Of a DNA stretch of 58,903 nt, positions 47,733 through 57,389 are shown piece by piece. Both the position numbers and the translations under genes were made by a program. The notes beneath the pieces are model-generated. The model was not told the origin of the DNA, did no database searches, and worked only from the letters and a program-made list of their open reading frames with translations. Within the stretch, counting starts at the first letter, position 1; each line of letters starts with the position of its first letter. This stretch comes from a virus (lineage: Duplodnaviria > Caudoviricetes). The DNA is taken from positions 1 through 58,903 of IMG/VR virus record IMGVR_UViG_3300014913_000511; one strand, written 5' to 3'.

Positions 47733-48481
47733 ACACCGCCGTTTTTCTTCACGTCTGATTCACAATCAATCGTCGTTGGAGCTGTCGTCCGAAGAGCTTT
47801 TATGACTCCTGGGAACCTAAGTTGCTCCAACTTTTGCCCTTTTTCTGCTTCCGTCTGTTCTAGCTTAACATACCGATGAAGAAAGTCAACACGATAAGCA
47901 TAAATTCCCACATGCAAAAATGGCATTTCTACGTCGTCCATTATGCGAGAAAAAGCGGAAACTTTCTTCGTCTGCAAGTCAACTAAAACTTTCACTCTAT
48001 TAGGATCGCGTAACTCGTTCTTTCTAATCGGAGCGTAAGCCGTCCACACGACGTCGCGTCCTCGCTCTTTTTCCATGGCAACTTTCAGCTTATCTAACAC
48101 CGAAGCGTCGAAGATCAACATGTCGCCTTGCACGTTTATCACTACATCGTTATTTGCAAGACGAAGCTCTTGAGCAGCAAAAAAGCAACGCTCAGTACCG
48201 TTCGCGCACCCGGAAGTAGGAGTCATGATTAGGGGGTCATATGACAAATTCCGAGAATGCAAAAGTGAACGCCAGTCACTTTTGGGCATTCCACGATGCT
48301 CTTGTTTTTGCAACGCCGCAACAATTATGTCATCCGAAACCGCCATGAATGTTGGGATTTCAGACGAATAAGCCTTCTCAAAGCAGTAACGCGCAAGGGT
48401 TTTATTGTTAAAAGCAATCAAGGGCTTATGCCGAACGCGGGAACTCTTAAGATGATTCGTTACAATTACAGTTGTACTCAT
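47726..48481 (-). CDS. kdsB: 3-deoxy-manno-octulosonate cytidylyltransferase (CMP-KDO synthetase), divergent
   Basis: SSR...KPL, NGTERC, VINVQGD, DPNRVKV, FSR, HVGIYAYR, E..KLEQLR. Confidence 0.88.
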   Translation of the reverse strand: MSTTVIVTNHLKSSRVRHKPLIAFNNKTLARYCFEKAYSSEIPTFMAVSDDIIVAALQKQEHRGMPKSDWRSLLHSRNLSYDPLIMTPTSGCANGTERCFFAAQELRLANNDVVINVQGDMLIFDASVLDKLKVAMEKERGRDVVWTAYAPIRKNELRDPNRVKVLVDLQTKKVSAFSRIMDDVEMPFLHVGIYAYRVDFLHRYVKLEQTEAEKGQKLEQLRFPGVIKALRTTAPTTIDCESDVKKNGGVC

Positions 48482-49242
48482 GAATTCACCGCCTTAAAAA
48501 CCTTCACGACTTCCCACAAGAAATCATGAAAAGTTGAAAGTTGAAGAGACGTTTTTCCGTCACATACAGCACTCGCCGGGTCCGGATGAACTTCAACATA
48601 TATACCGCTAGCACCAGCTGCAACACCCGCTTGTGCTAGCGGTAAAATATTGGCACGATCCCCTGCCGAATGGCTCGCGTCTACCAAAACAGGCACCCCA
48701 TATTTTCGCATTTCATGAATCTTGCGCATGTCAATTACAATATCATTATACCCAAACGTAGTACCGCGCTCAGTCAACCAGACGTTAGGGGGATCAGGGT
48801 TAAAAGGCGTCCAACCGCATTTGACCAGGGCACCAGGGATAATATCAACGCTTGCAAACTGCCCCTTTTTCCAGTTTGTCACAAAAGGAGAAGCCGCTGC
48901 CGCCTTACAAATGTCCGTTTGTCTGCACAATAAAGAGGGAATTTGCAACACGTCAAGACAGTCCAGCGCTATTTCTTCAAGCGCTTTAACCTCATTCACC
49001 GAATGCACATCTGTCAACGTCTTACAACCCACGCGACGCTTCAGACATCGAAAAGTATTTGAGCCTTTCGTCAAACCAGGGCCACGAGGCGAAGTTGAAC
49101 TTGACCTATTTGCCTTGTCATAAGACCCCTTGAAATAATAATCACATTCGAGGTCGTCACAAGCCGATTTACAAGCCCGCGCAATCTCAATGTTTATATT
49201 GTCGTCGTCTTCAAGGGCGCAAGGCCCCGCAACTACAAGCAC
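48478..49242 (-). CDS. kdsA: KDO 8-phosphate synthase (metal-dependent type)
   Basis: AGPC, K.SYDKANRSS, LQIP..LCRQTD, KKGQF, TERGTTFGYN, DASHS, EVHPDP...CDG. Confidence 0.95.
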   Translation of the reverse strand: MLVVAGPCALEDDDNINIEIARACKSACDDLECDYYFKGSYDKANRSSSTSPRGPGLTKGSNTFRCLKRRVGCKTLTDVHSVNEVKALEEIALDCLDVLQIPSLLCRQTDICKAAAASPFVTNWKKGQFASVDIIPGALVKCGWTPFNPDPPNVWLTERGTTFGYNDIVIDMRKIHEMRKYGVPVLVDASHSAGDRANILPLAQAGVAAGASGIYVEVHPDPASAVCDGKTSLQLSTFHDFLWEVVKVFKAVNS

Positions 49243-49586
49243 CGCTCTCCTCCTACGTTATGACGCACAATATCGTCAGGATCGTAATTCACAAACATTA
49301 CTTCAGTCAAGACCGCCGGTTCTTCTTTAGTGAAAAACATATGATTTTGACATGGTATTATGGTAAAAAATTGACCTTCTTTTAGTTCAATTTCTCGCCG
49401 CTGTCCTAGCTCCTCAACTTCAATAAAGACGACTCCAGACACACAATAAAACAAGTTGTACTTATTTTTATGAAAATGCCAAGAACATCTTTTCTGCGGT
49501 TCTAGGTTGAGAATGTCAACAGCACAAGTATCGTTACCGAAGATGTTATTTTTTACCCCCCAAATCTTACTTGATCGATTGACCAA
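49233..49586 (-). CDS. Cupin-domain protein (sugar isomerase-like)
   Basis: KIWG, CSWHFHKNK...F...SG, IP...H.F; overlaps the kdsA start. Confidence 0.8.
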   Translation of the reverse strand: MVNRSSKIWGVKNNIFGNDTCAVDILNLEPQKRCSWHFHKNKYNLFYCVSGVVFIEVEELGQRREIELKEGQFFTIIPCQNHMFFTKEEPAVLTEVMFVNYDPDDIVRHNVGGERCL

Positions 49587-49598
49587 AACAACCCCCCG

Positions 49599-51413
49599 TT
49601 AAGACACGCTTATAGTTGGATCGACCCAGACTTTTTTACCAGCCTCGTAACCTCGAAGTTCTAGTCTGAACTCAACCAATCCCACCCTAGATGGAGTGAC
49701 AGAAACTTCTAGGTACTGTGACCAATCGCCTTGCGTCGTCCTTGTCGATACCCCCCCCACACTATCCACATCTGTAGTCGCACCCGTAATAGCACTAGAA
49801 GGATAGCGGGCCGTCAAGACTAACTCTTCGGCTGGAAGTGTCACGAAGTCAGTCTGAATGTAAACTCGATAAGTCTTCGCCGTCGTTACGTCCTGATAGA
49901 TGAAAACTTCGTCAAAGCCGAAAATCTCTAGCACCGCGTCATCGTCACAATTCGATTGTGGCACAACCTCAATCACATTTGAACATCCGCCAGGCCGCTG
50001 GGATGGATTATCACCCGTACCATCAGCCGCTTCCTTGATTACATCACCAAAGGCGTCAAACGTGTATTGCGCCCCAGCAACTTGATTATGGTTTTCCGAT
50101 CGTATGTATCCAGGATAGCCATGCGTGTTACGCCCGCTGAATACAGGCGAAGTAGGCATAAGCGAGTTGTTTATCTTGCCTGTCGTAGGGAATTTGAAAT
50201 CGTAATTATTGGCTTTCAATATTCCGGTAGGAGTATACCCAATATTGCCTTCTACAGTGACACAAGCAACTCCCCCTATTGCTGAAAAGTTCAAATAAGC
50301 ACTTCCTGTAATTTCCATTTTAGCAGATATACTACCGGACAAATAACAACAACTAACCATATCCCGCAGCTTTAGATACGTGCAAGCGTCCGAAATATAA
50401 CAACACCCAATAGCGTCTTGAATTGTAGCGTCATATACCCGTGTGCCGAAAACTTCGTAACAAGCTAAGCAATCGGAAGTCGCTGCATTGATATGTTCGG
50501 CTTGTTCAAATGCTCTTGAGCAATTAGCGAAAATACCACACACTTTAGTGTTGTTAGACCTATTGAATTGTCTAAGCGCTCCGAAAAACACGCCTCCAAT
50601 ACGCCCGTCGTCCAGGCTGATTCTATCAACGCCTATAAATCTAGCCCGCAAACAGAAGTTAGCGTAGTCTGTGTTACTGTCAATTTCTGGTCGATTACTT
50701 CCGTAGCTACCCAGTACTTCCGGGTGTCCGAGCTTCCCAATAATCACGTTTCTCGTCAAATGGGCTATCAAGCCCCCTGACTTAAAGGCACTGGACACAG
50801 TATCCGCACATGTAATCGAGGTACCGGAAATAGCGGCAATGGAAGTCAGAATCCAGTCGTTCTTATACCCATTAAAACCCGTGCACACGTCGCCCGTGTG
50901 AATCATTATCTGGTCGCCTACGTTCCATGCTCTGGAGTCACTTGTGGTTATACTCGTCGTGCCGTCTCCGTCAGCGGCAAGACTTGTATAAGGCTCGTCG
51001 CCGTAATAATCAGGGTCGTCTTGAAGGTCAACCTTACCCCCAGAGGCACACTGGATACCTCTGGTTGCGTTAGCCGTAGTATTCCAGTAGATCTCAAGCT
51101 TGTGCGACTTATCAAAAGGAGTAGCGCCTGAGCCGCCGGCACCTAACCGTCCTGCGCTCTCAATGTCCAGATTACTATGCCCAAATGTCAACTTACGGTC
51201 TGCGCTGTCGTTGAATTTAAGCACCCCCCCCGATGTGAGAGTCATCGTTCCAAGCTCGTTCGTCTCTGAGACGTTGTAGTCCACCTCGTGCCCGATATTC
51301 GTCACGTCACCCGCCAGGCCAGGCCAGTCGGTGCCCTTGACACCAGGAGACGTATTGCCCCACGTCGCTCCGTCGTTCCAATCGCCGTCTTGCGCGCTTG
51401 TGAAAGTTGCCAT
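49599..51413 (-). CDS. G8/beta-helix-like virion protein, paralog A
   Basis: TSAQDG.W....TW start, HLTRNV.I motif, Cys/Asn-rich central repeats. Confidence 0.65.
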   Translation of the reverse strand: MATFTSAQDGDWNDGATWGNTSPGVKGTDWPGLAGDVTNIGHEVDYNVSETNELGTMTLTSGGVLKFNDSADRKLTFGHSNLDIESAGRLGAGGSGATPFDKSHKLEIYWNTTANATRGIQCASGGKVDLQDDPDYYGDEPYTSLAADGDGTTSITTSDSRAWNVGDQIMIHTGDVCTGFNGYKNDWILTSIAAISGTSITCADTVSSAFKSGGLIAHLTRNVIIGKLGHPEVLGSYGSNRPEIDSNTDYANFCLRARFIGVDRISLDDGRIGGVFFGALRQFNRSNNTKVCGIFANCSRAFEQAEHINAATSDCLACYEVFGTRVYDATIQDAIGCCYISDACTYLKLRDMVSCCYLSGSISAKMEITGSAYLNFSAIGGVACVTVEGNIGYTPTGILKANNYDFKFPTTGKINNSLMPTSPVFSGRNTHGYPGYIRSENHNQVAGAQYTFDAFGDVIKEAADGTGDNPSQRPGGCSNVIEVVPQSNCDDDAVLEIFGFDEVFIYQDVTTAKTYRVYIQTDFVTLPAEELVLTARYPSSAITGATTDVDSVGGVSTRTTQGDWSQYLEVSVTPSRVGLVEFRLELRGYEAGKKVWVDPTISVS

Positions 51414-53192
51414 TTACGTAATCTCCAGAACAGGATCGACCCAGACTTTTTTACCAGCCTCGTAACCTCGAAGCTCTAATCTAAACTCAACCAACCCCAC
51501 CCTAGATGGAGTGACAGAAACTTCTAAATATTGCGACCAATCGGCTTGATTTACTCTAGTAGCTATCGAACCGATACTATCCACATCTGCAGTAGCCCCC
51601 GTAGTAGCACTAGAAGGATAGCGTGCCGTCAAGACCAATTCGGCAGAAGGCAAGGTCACGAAGTCAGTCTGAATGTAAACTCGATAAGTCTTCGCCGTCG
51701 TTACGTCCTGATAGATGAAAACTTCGTCAAAGCCGAAAATCTCTAGCACTGCGTCATCGTCACAATTCGATTGCGGCACAACCTCAATCACGTTTGAACA
51801 TCCGCCGGGCCGTTGCGTAGGGTTGTCACCCGTACCGTCCGAAGCAACTTTTATCACGTCGCCAAAGGCTCTATACTCACGTTGGGCCTCCGCAACTTGA
51901 TTGAAATCCTCGCAACGTAAAACGCCATGAATGCCCGATATATTCCTGTAAATAGAAGGCGTGCCGAACCTGCTACTAAACAAGGTCACATTGAATTCCC
52001 ACGCAGCGTCGTATGTGTTTGCCTTAGCAATCGCGCCATCGTAACCCAGACCCCCAAGGAGTTTCCCACCAAAGACGTAAAGCCAGACGACAGTATTGTA
52101 AAAAGCGTCCCCTGTAATTGTCAAGTTACTAATGCTCGTCGTGCCCATCATATTGCACGATTCAAGGTTGCGAATCGTTATATTTGATGCGCCTTCTGTG
52201 CTCAAATCAGCGCACCCCACAACGTCTCGAACCTCCACGGAATGGCAACCTCTAGCCACTTCAGCACAAGCGAGAACATCGCAAATGGAGCCGTCGATTA
52301 CCGAGCCGTCGGACATGGCGTATTCACAATTAGCGATAATGCCAATTATCTCTGCGCCCGCAGGAGTGGTTAGTTTCAAAGGGTCGTTTGCACCAAAAAC
52401 AACACCCCCAAAAGTACCAAACTGAATATCACAAACCTCAACGCCTATCAGGCGGCCTTGCAAGTCAAAAGTAGTCGTGTCGGTGTTTTCTATCCTAGGC
52501 CTATTACTTCCATAGCTACCCAGTACTTCCGGGTGTCCAAGTTTTCCAATAATCACGTTTCTCGTTAAATGAGCTATCAGACCGCCCGACTTAAAATCGG
52601 TGGACACAGCGTCTACACACGTAATCGATGTACCGGAAATAGCAGCAATAGAAGTGAGAATCCAGTCATCCTCATGGCACGAATCGCCCGAACATGTATT
52701 GCCGATGTGAATGAGAAGTTGGTCGCCTACATTCCAGTCACTCGATCTATCGTCACTTGTGATTATACCCGTTGTGCCATCGCCATCTGCGGCAAGACTT
52801 GTATAAGGCTCGTCGCCGTAATAATCAGGGTCGTCTTGAAGGTCAACAATGCCGTTATCCTCGCACACCAAACCCTTGGCATTGTCCGCAGTCGTGTTCC
52901 AATATATTTCTAGCGTGTAGGCCGCATCGAATTTGCCATCACCGAACTGCCCCCCAGCTTCAACCGTCACTTCCGAATGACCAAAGATTATTTTACGATT
53001 CGCACTATCGTCAAAAGAAAGCGTACCGCCAGAGGTAATTGTCAAATCACCTAGTTGAGCCGTACTGGAAATATTGTAAGCAACAGCATGACCAACATTA
53101 GCAACATCACCCGCAAGACTAGGCCAACCGCCGCCACCCCACGTCGCCGCAGCGTTCCAATTGCCGTCTTGCGTGCTCGTGTAAGTCGCCAC
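51414..53192 (-). CDS. G8/beta-helix-like virion protein, paralog B
   Basis: Same architecture as paralog A; near-identical C-terminal about 150 aa. Confidence 0.65.
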   Translation of the reverse strand: MATYTSTQDGNWNAAATWGGGGWPSLAGDVANVGHAVAYNISSTAQLGDLTITSGGTLSFDDSANRKIIFGHSEVTVEAGGQFGDGKFDAAYTLEIYWNTTADNAKGLVCEDNGIVDLQDDPDYYGDEPYTSLAADGDGTTGIITSDDRSSDWNVGDQLLIHIGNTCSGDSCHEDDWILTSIAAISGTSITCVDAVSTDFKSGGLIAHLTRNVIIGKLGHPEVLGSYGSNRPRIENTDTTTFDLQGRLIGVEVCDIQFGTFGGVVFGANDPLKLTTPAGAEIIGIIANCEYAMSDGSVIDGSICDVLACAEVARGCHSVEVRDVVGCADLSTEGASNITIRNLESCNMMGTTSISNLTITGDAFYNTVVWLYVFGGKLLGGLGYDGAIAKANTYDAAWEFNVTLFSSRFGTPSIYRNISGIHGVLRCEDFNQVAEAQREYRAFGDVIKVASDGTGDNPTQRPGGCSNVIEVVPQSNCDDDAVLEIFGFDEVFIYQDVTTAKTYRVYIQTDFVTLPSAELVLTARYPSSATTGATADVDSIGSIATRVNQADWSQYLEVSVTPSRVGLVEFRLELRGYEAGKKVWVDPVLEIT

Positions 53193-53408
53193 TTACTCTT
53201 GTGTTTCTCTCAAGAAGACTTTTTCACGCGCATTAACCTTAACCAAAAGGGCACCTGCAGCATCTTGCTCATCTTTTGCACTCGGTTTTTTCTCGAACGT
53301 GATAGACTCTTGATAATCGCGCCCCGACGCGCTCACCAAGTCAACCCGAATCTCATATCCCCAAGGGCGCTGTTTATGCCCCCAAATACTACTAATTGAG
53401 CCAATCAT
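53193..53408 (-). CDS. Hypothetical protein
   Basis: AGGAGG SD before MIGSISS. Confidence 0.65.
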   Translation of the reverse strand: MIGSISSIWGHKQRPWGYEIRVDLVSASGRDYQESITFEKKPSAKDEQDAAGALLVKVNAREKVFLRETQE

Positions 53409-53602
53409 TATTCGTCCTCCTTGTGCGCAATCGACACGCCACCACGTCGCCAAATGGGAGTTGCAATGGCACCCCAACTTGTGGAAAGTTGAAAGCCGCC
53501 GCGCCGCCAGAGGGGAGTAGTATCGTGATCGTCTCCACTCCCCCCATTAATAGCAACCGCCGAAACTTCTTCTGCCGCAATAGGAAAAGCCGGAGGCGTC
53601 AT
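53408..53602 (-). CDS. Hypothetical protein
   Basis: GAGG SD; tightly packed in the operon. Confidence 0.55.
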   Translation of the reverse strand: MTPPAFPIAAEEVSAVAINGGSGDDHDTTPLWRRGGFQLSTSWGAIATPIWRRGGVSIAHKEDE

Positions 53603-53603
53603 T

Positions 53604-53948
53604 TTATTCGTACCTCATAAACAGAGCCAGGCTTGTACTACCGCCGACAGACGACACGTTCAACCGAGCGAATCGTGCAAGCGCATCGTTTTCTCCCACC
53701 GCCGCGTCAGAAGTTCTGCTTCCATCTGTGACGTCCCACCAGGTCGTGCCGTCGTCGGAAAATTGCCATTTCACCGTCGCCCCGTCCCAGGTGCCGTTCG
53801 CTGTGTAATATTTTTTAGAGTACCCGAAAATAGGCACTCCCGAATCGTTAGGATAGTTGGCCGAAGTCGTAGCCGTGCCGCTCCACTCTTTAGCAGTACC
53901 GCCCGACCTTCCGTTGGATTTTGTATATTCGTCAACTTGCGCGGGCAT
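53604..53948 (-). CDS. Small beta-sandwich virion-associated protein
   Basis: GTWDGATVKWQFSDDG..W.D and FARL pattern; GGAGG SD. Confidence 0.65.
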   Translation of the reverse strand: MPAQVDEYTKSNGRSGGTAKEWSGTATTSANYPNDSGVPIFGYSKKYYTANGTWDGATVKWQFSDDGTTWWDVTDGSRTSDAAVGENDALARFARLNVSSVGGSTSLALFMRYE

Positions 53949-55363
53949 TATTTCACCTCCGGCTGTAAGTCTGATTCATCTTCATCTTCATCTTCAACTT
54001 CTTCTTCGATATATGTTTCAAGAAGTTGTTCAACTTCTCGTATTTTGTCATCGTCATATCCAAGGAAATCTCGGAGGAAAATTGACGGCGGTACAACAAA
54101 ATCAGCCCCCGGCGCGCTCGAATAAGCGACCAACGCTTCCGCCCGAACTTTCGCTGCCGCCGCCTTATCCGCGTCACTCGGCGCGTAGAGTGAAGGCCAA
54201 TCAATAACATATTCTTCCACACTTGGCAACACGCCTACATCTATCAACCTATCAATGAAAGGGCGCAAGATCATTGGTTCTACGTAATGTGACCGGCGCT
54301 CGTCCATAAGCGAATTCCACGCCATTTCGTCCTGCGACGAAGCCAACTCCCCGCGTTCACTACCAGTTAATATACGTTTGGGAATTCCCGTTGCAGCAGA
54401 TATGAGTTGCATTTGAACATCTACGTGTTGGGAAGGATCGGCCACCGTCGGCATGAGTTGCTCGACATTTACGCCTTGAAAGCGCAAGTGACGCTGCAAA
54501 CCTTGAACATATTTTTCCATTTGTTCGTTTACGTCGGCCAGGTCTTCGGAGTCAATATCCGTGTCGGAGTCAAGCGAAAAAACAAGGCCCGGCAACGCCC
54601 CGCGCCAGAACATTTCAGCAGATCCACCACTTACCGTCTCAATGTCTTGAATGCAATTAAAACACGCTCGTAAACGTGGAACACCGAAAGTGTCATCTTC
54701 CAAACACCCTTCGGCCATATGCAAAACACGGGTGTGATGAACAAGGGCCGTCATGCCACTGTGATTGCCCTTAAATCCACCCATTGTAATCCGATAAACA
54801 AGGGGTTTGCCGTAGCGCTCTGATTGTAAATCTTCATCCCAAAGGTAAATATCAATCGCATCTTGAGCATAGGGCATAAGGTAAAGCAGGTTTGCCGCTG
54901 CCCTTACTTCAGTGTCTAGATCTTGTCCGTCGTCAAATCCAAGGAGTAAAACCCCAAATTGACCAATGCCTGAAAGTAAATCACTTCGTGAAAGATAATG
55001 AAAAATACGTTTTTCTTTTTGCAGTGAATTCCAGGCGACTTCAAACGGGGTTAGAGCAGAATCTCTTGTGCGATTTTCAACTACCTCATGCACAGATGGG
55101 AAAAGACGCCAGGACGCGCCAACGGGGGCAGATACTACGCGCTTTCCTATCGGGTGACGAGAAAAACGTGCGTAATAATCAGCATAACGAATATCCTTCA
55201 AATATCCGAGGGCTACGTATAAATCTCTTCGGGCCGAACCGGTCGTCGGGCTGTAATACGACTTGCCCAATCGCCCCATAATATCCGACCTAGTGGAAAA
55301 AGTCTCCATATTTAGGCGTATTATGTCGTCGGGGGTTACTCTGTCCTTGACTTTTCCATCCAT
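53948..55363 (-). CDS. Portal protein (DUF1073-like)
   Basis: Follows the large terminase; YGKP..Y.I, VH.TRV.H, ISAATGIP.RILTG.E.G.LAS.QD. Confidence 0.9.
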   Translation of the reverse strand: MDGKVKDRVTPDDIIRLNMETFSTRSDIMGRLGKSYYSPTTGSARRDLYVALGYLKDIRYADYYARFSRHPIGKRVVSAPVGASWRLFPSVHEVVENRTRDSALTPFEVAWNSLQKEKRIFHYLSRSDLLSGIGQFGVLLLGFDDGQDLDTEVRAAANLLYLMPYAQDAIDIYLWDEDLQSERYGKPLVYRITMGGFKGNHSGMTALVHHTRVLHMAEGCLEDDTFGVPRLRACFNCIQDIETVSGGSAEMFWRGALPGLVFSLDSDTDIDSEDLADVNEQMEKYVQGLQRHLRFQGVNVEQLMPTVADPSQHVDVQMQLISAATGIPKRILTGSERGELASSQDEMAWNSLMDERRSHYVEPMILRPFIDRLIDVGVLPSVEEYVIDWPSLYAPSDADKAAAAKVRAEALVAYSSAPGADFVVPPSIFLRDFLGYDDDKIREVEQLLETYIEEEVEDEDEDESDLQPEVK

Positions 55364-55372
55364 AACTAGGAT

Positions 55373-55401
55373 ATTATATCTATGAAAAAGACATTTGTCA
55401 A
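55373..55401 (-). promoter_or_regulatory. Perfect sigma70 promoter TTGACA-17-TATAAT upstream of the portal gene
   Basis: Exact consensus, 9 nt from the portal ATG. Confidence 0.88.
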
Positions 55402-55438
55402 GCGCTTATTTACATATCATCCCATTGAAAAGTCCACA

Positions 55439-56914
55439 CTAAAACGTGCCCACTCGTTTCCTCTTCTTCTTCGCCGCGTAGTTAAACGCACCTGCCGAAG
55501 CGTCCACCCGATCCATAAATTTACCCATTGGAAAAGACGCGTGCTCGTCGATAAACTCGCGGTTCCATTCTCCCCGAAGTAAGGAAACGTTACCACCCTC
55601 AACCTGAATCGCGTACGGCTCCGCTCTCACTTCTTTCGATCCTGTTACACGATCGGCAAATACTCGAAAACCTGCAAGCCTCCTAATAGTAGCCTCAGCC
55701 GACTCCTTGCCCCCTGATCCAGGCTCTTGCTCGACATAAACAAAAGTGTTTTTGCCATCAATCTCCGCCGTCTGATGAATCATACTTTCACGCTTCGTTG
55801 TGCTCCACTGACCAGCAACGCAATCCACAATAACAAATGTACCGTCTGCTAAAGCGTCAATCCTAACCCCCGCCGTATTGCACCCGCCACCATCTGTGCC
55901 CGCTTTATCCCAATAGCGAATGGAGTTTACCACCGTGTGCAACTTAGGTGACAAAGCGTTTATTATTTGGAAATTCTCAACCTTGAACATTCCACCCCCT
56001 CTAGGGGCAGGACGTTGTTGAAGCTGCCCGGCAACGCCATATTCGCCCAACTGCTTGCCTAATTGTAAAACCTCTGCATCGCCTATCCGATCGGGCCAAA
56101 ACAACTCGCCTTCTTCCGTCCGAGGATCTTTGAATCCAATGCAAGTTTCACATTTACGATCAGGCTCAAAGCTCATCGGGATCATCAAGTGTTCGTAGCC
56201 ACCACGATCTAAAATGTCGCCCGATAAATCACGCTCATGAATCCTTTGCATGACCCCGACAAACGCTCCCCGCTTAGGATCGTTCAACCGAGTTGACATT
56301 TGTTCATTCCACCACGCCAAAACCCGCGCCCTCTGAACAGCACTTTCGCCATCTATGACGTTGTGCGGGTCGTCAAATATCACGAAGTCGCCGCCCTCGC
56401 CCGTGCCTAAGCCCCCCACAGACGTAGCCACACGAAAGCCCGAAGCTGAATTCTCAAACCTCATTTTTTGGTTTTGATCAGACGTTAGAACGAAGTTGCT
56501 ACCCCACAAAGCCTTATACCAGGGCGACTCTATCACCCGGCGACACTTCAAGCTGTCCCTTGTCGATAACGCCTGTGAATACGACGCGAAAATAAACCTA
56601 GCAGACGGCCACCATGTCCAAACCCACGCGGGAAAAAACACGGCCACAAGAAGGCTTTTCATCGAGCGCGGCGGAATGTTTATCAACAACCGCCGAAGGG
56701 GGATGGATATGCTTGACTCGGGGGTAGGTGACGCGCTTCTTGCGACCGCTTCTAAGTGCTTACAAATGGCAACAATATGCCAATTTGACGACATAGGAGT
56801 AGCGGGTTCTACAATATGCCACCCGCTTCTAACGAATTGAAAAAGGCTCGCAGCACAATTTCCGCGCTCAAGGCGTTGGGCTAACTTACGGGCGACACTA
56901 ATCGGTAGGTCCAT
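55439..56914 (-). CDS. terL: Terminase large subunit
   Basis: INIPPRSMKS, TGEGGD..IFDDP, MQRIHE.DL, QLQQRP, WDKA, EQEPGSGG, DRVDA. Confidence 0.96.
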   Translation of the reverse strand: MDLPISVARKLAQRLERGNCAASLFQFVRSGWHIVEPATPMSSNWHIVAICKHLEAVARSASPTPESSISIPLRRLLINIPPRSMKSLLVAVFFPAWVWTWWPSARFIFASYSQALSTRDSLKCRRVIESPWYKALWGSNFVLTSDQNQKMRFENSASGFRVATSVGGLGTGEGGDFVIFDDPHNVIDGESAVQRARVLAWWNEQMSTRLNDPKRGAFVGVMQRIHERDLSGDILDRGGYEHLMIPMSFEPDRKCETCIGFKDPRTEEGELFWPDRIGDAEVLQLGKQLGEYGVAGQLQQRPAPRGGGMFKVENFQIINALSPKLHTVVNSIRYWDKAGTDGGGCNTAGVRIDALADGTFVIVDCVAGQWSTTKRESMIHQTAEIDGKNTFVYVEQEPGSGGKESAEATIRRLAGFRVFADRVTGSKEVRAEPYAIQVEGGNVSLLRGEWNREFIDEHASFPMGKFMDRVDASAGAFNYAAKKKRKRVGTF

Positions 56915-57383
56915 TTATGCCCTTTTTTAGCAGCCTTTCCAGTTCTATTTTTTCTTCATTTGTCAAATTATCTTCGTTGAAATCATTAACCTCTTGATGC
57001 GCTACCGGGCCGCCACCCGGCCCACTTATCTCATGACGCTGTTTACCGCTCCAATGCTCAGGGAATTTCCGTTCAAGCAACCATTGAGCCGCCTTAACGT
57101 CCCCCTCGTCCATTGCGTCTGTAACGACACCTAACGCACGAATTGCAGATTCCGCAAGCGCCTTGCCTACATTTATCGAAAACGACAAGTAGGGCGCTTC
57201 CTCTTCGTGGGGCGATTCAAAGGGGTTTGCGTCTAAATAATCACGTTCAGCTTGCCCTCGCTGCAACCAATTCCGCATTGTGGCAGGATGAATACCGACT
57301 GCCGCACACGCTATGTCTGTGTAATGGCCGTTGCGGATTATCTCGATAAGTTCGGCTTCTAAATGTATCTTACTCTTTCCCAT
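56898..57383 (-). CDS. terS: Terminase small subunit
   Basis: N-terminal HTH, AAQWLLERKFP..W, EISGPGGGP; upstream of terL. Confidence 0.88.
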   Translation of the reverse strand: MGKSKIHLEAELIEIIRNGHYTDIACAAVGIHPATMRNWLQRGQAERDYLDANPFESPHEEEAPYLSFSINVGKALAESAIRALGVVTDAMDEGDVKAAQWLLERKFPEHWSGKQRHEISGPGGGPVAHQEVNDFNEDNLTNEEKIELERLLKKGINGPTD

Positions 57384-57389
57384 ATCTGC

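Noticed and set aside
49599-53192. Diversity-generating retroelement TR/VR pair
   Set aside because: Differences between the repeats are mostly synonymous and not adenine-specific, and no reverse transcriptase is present in the window.
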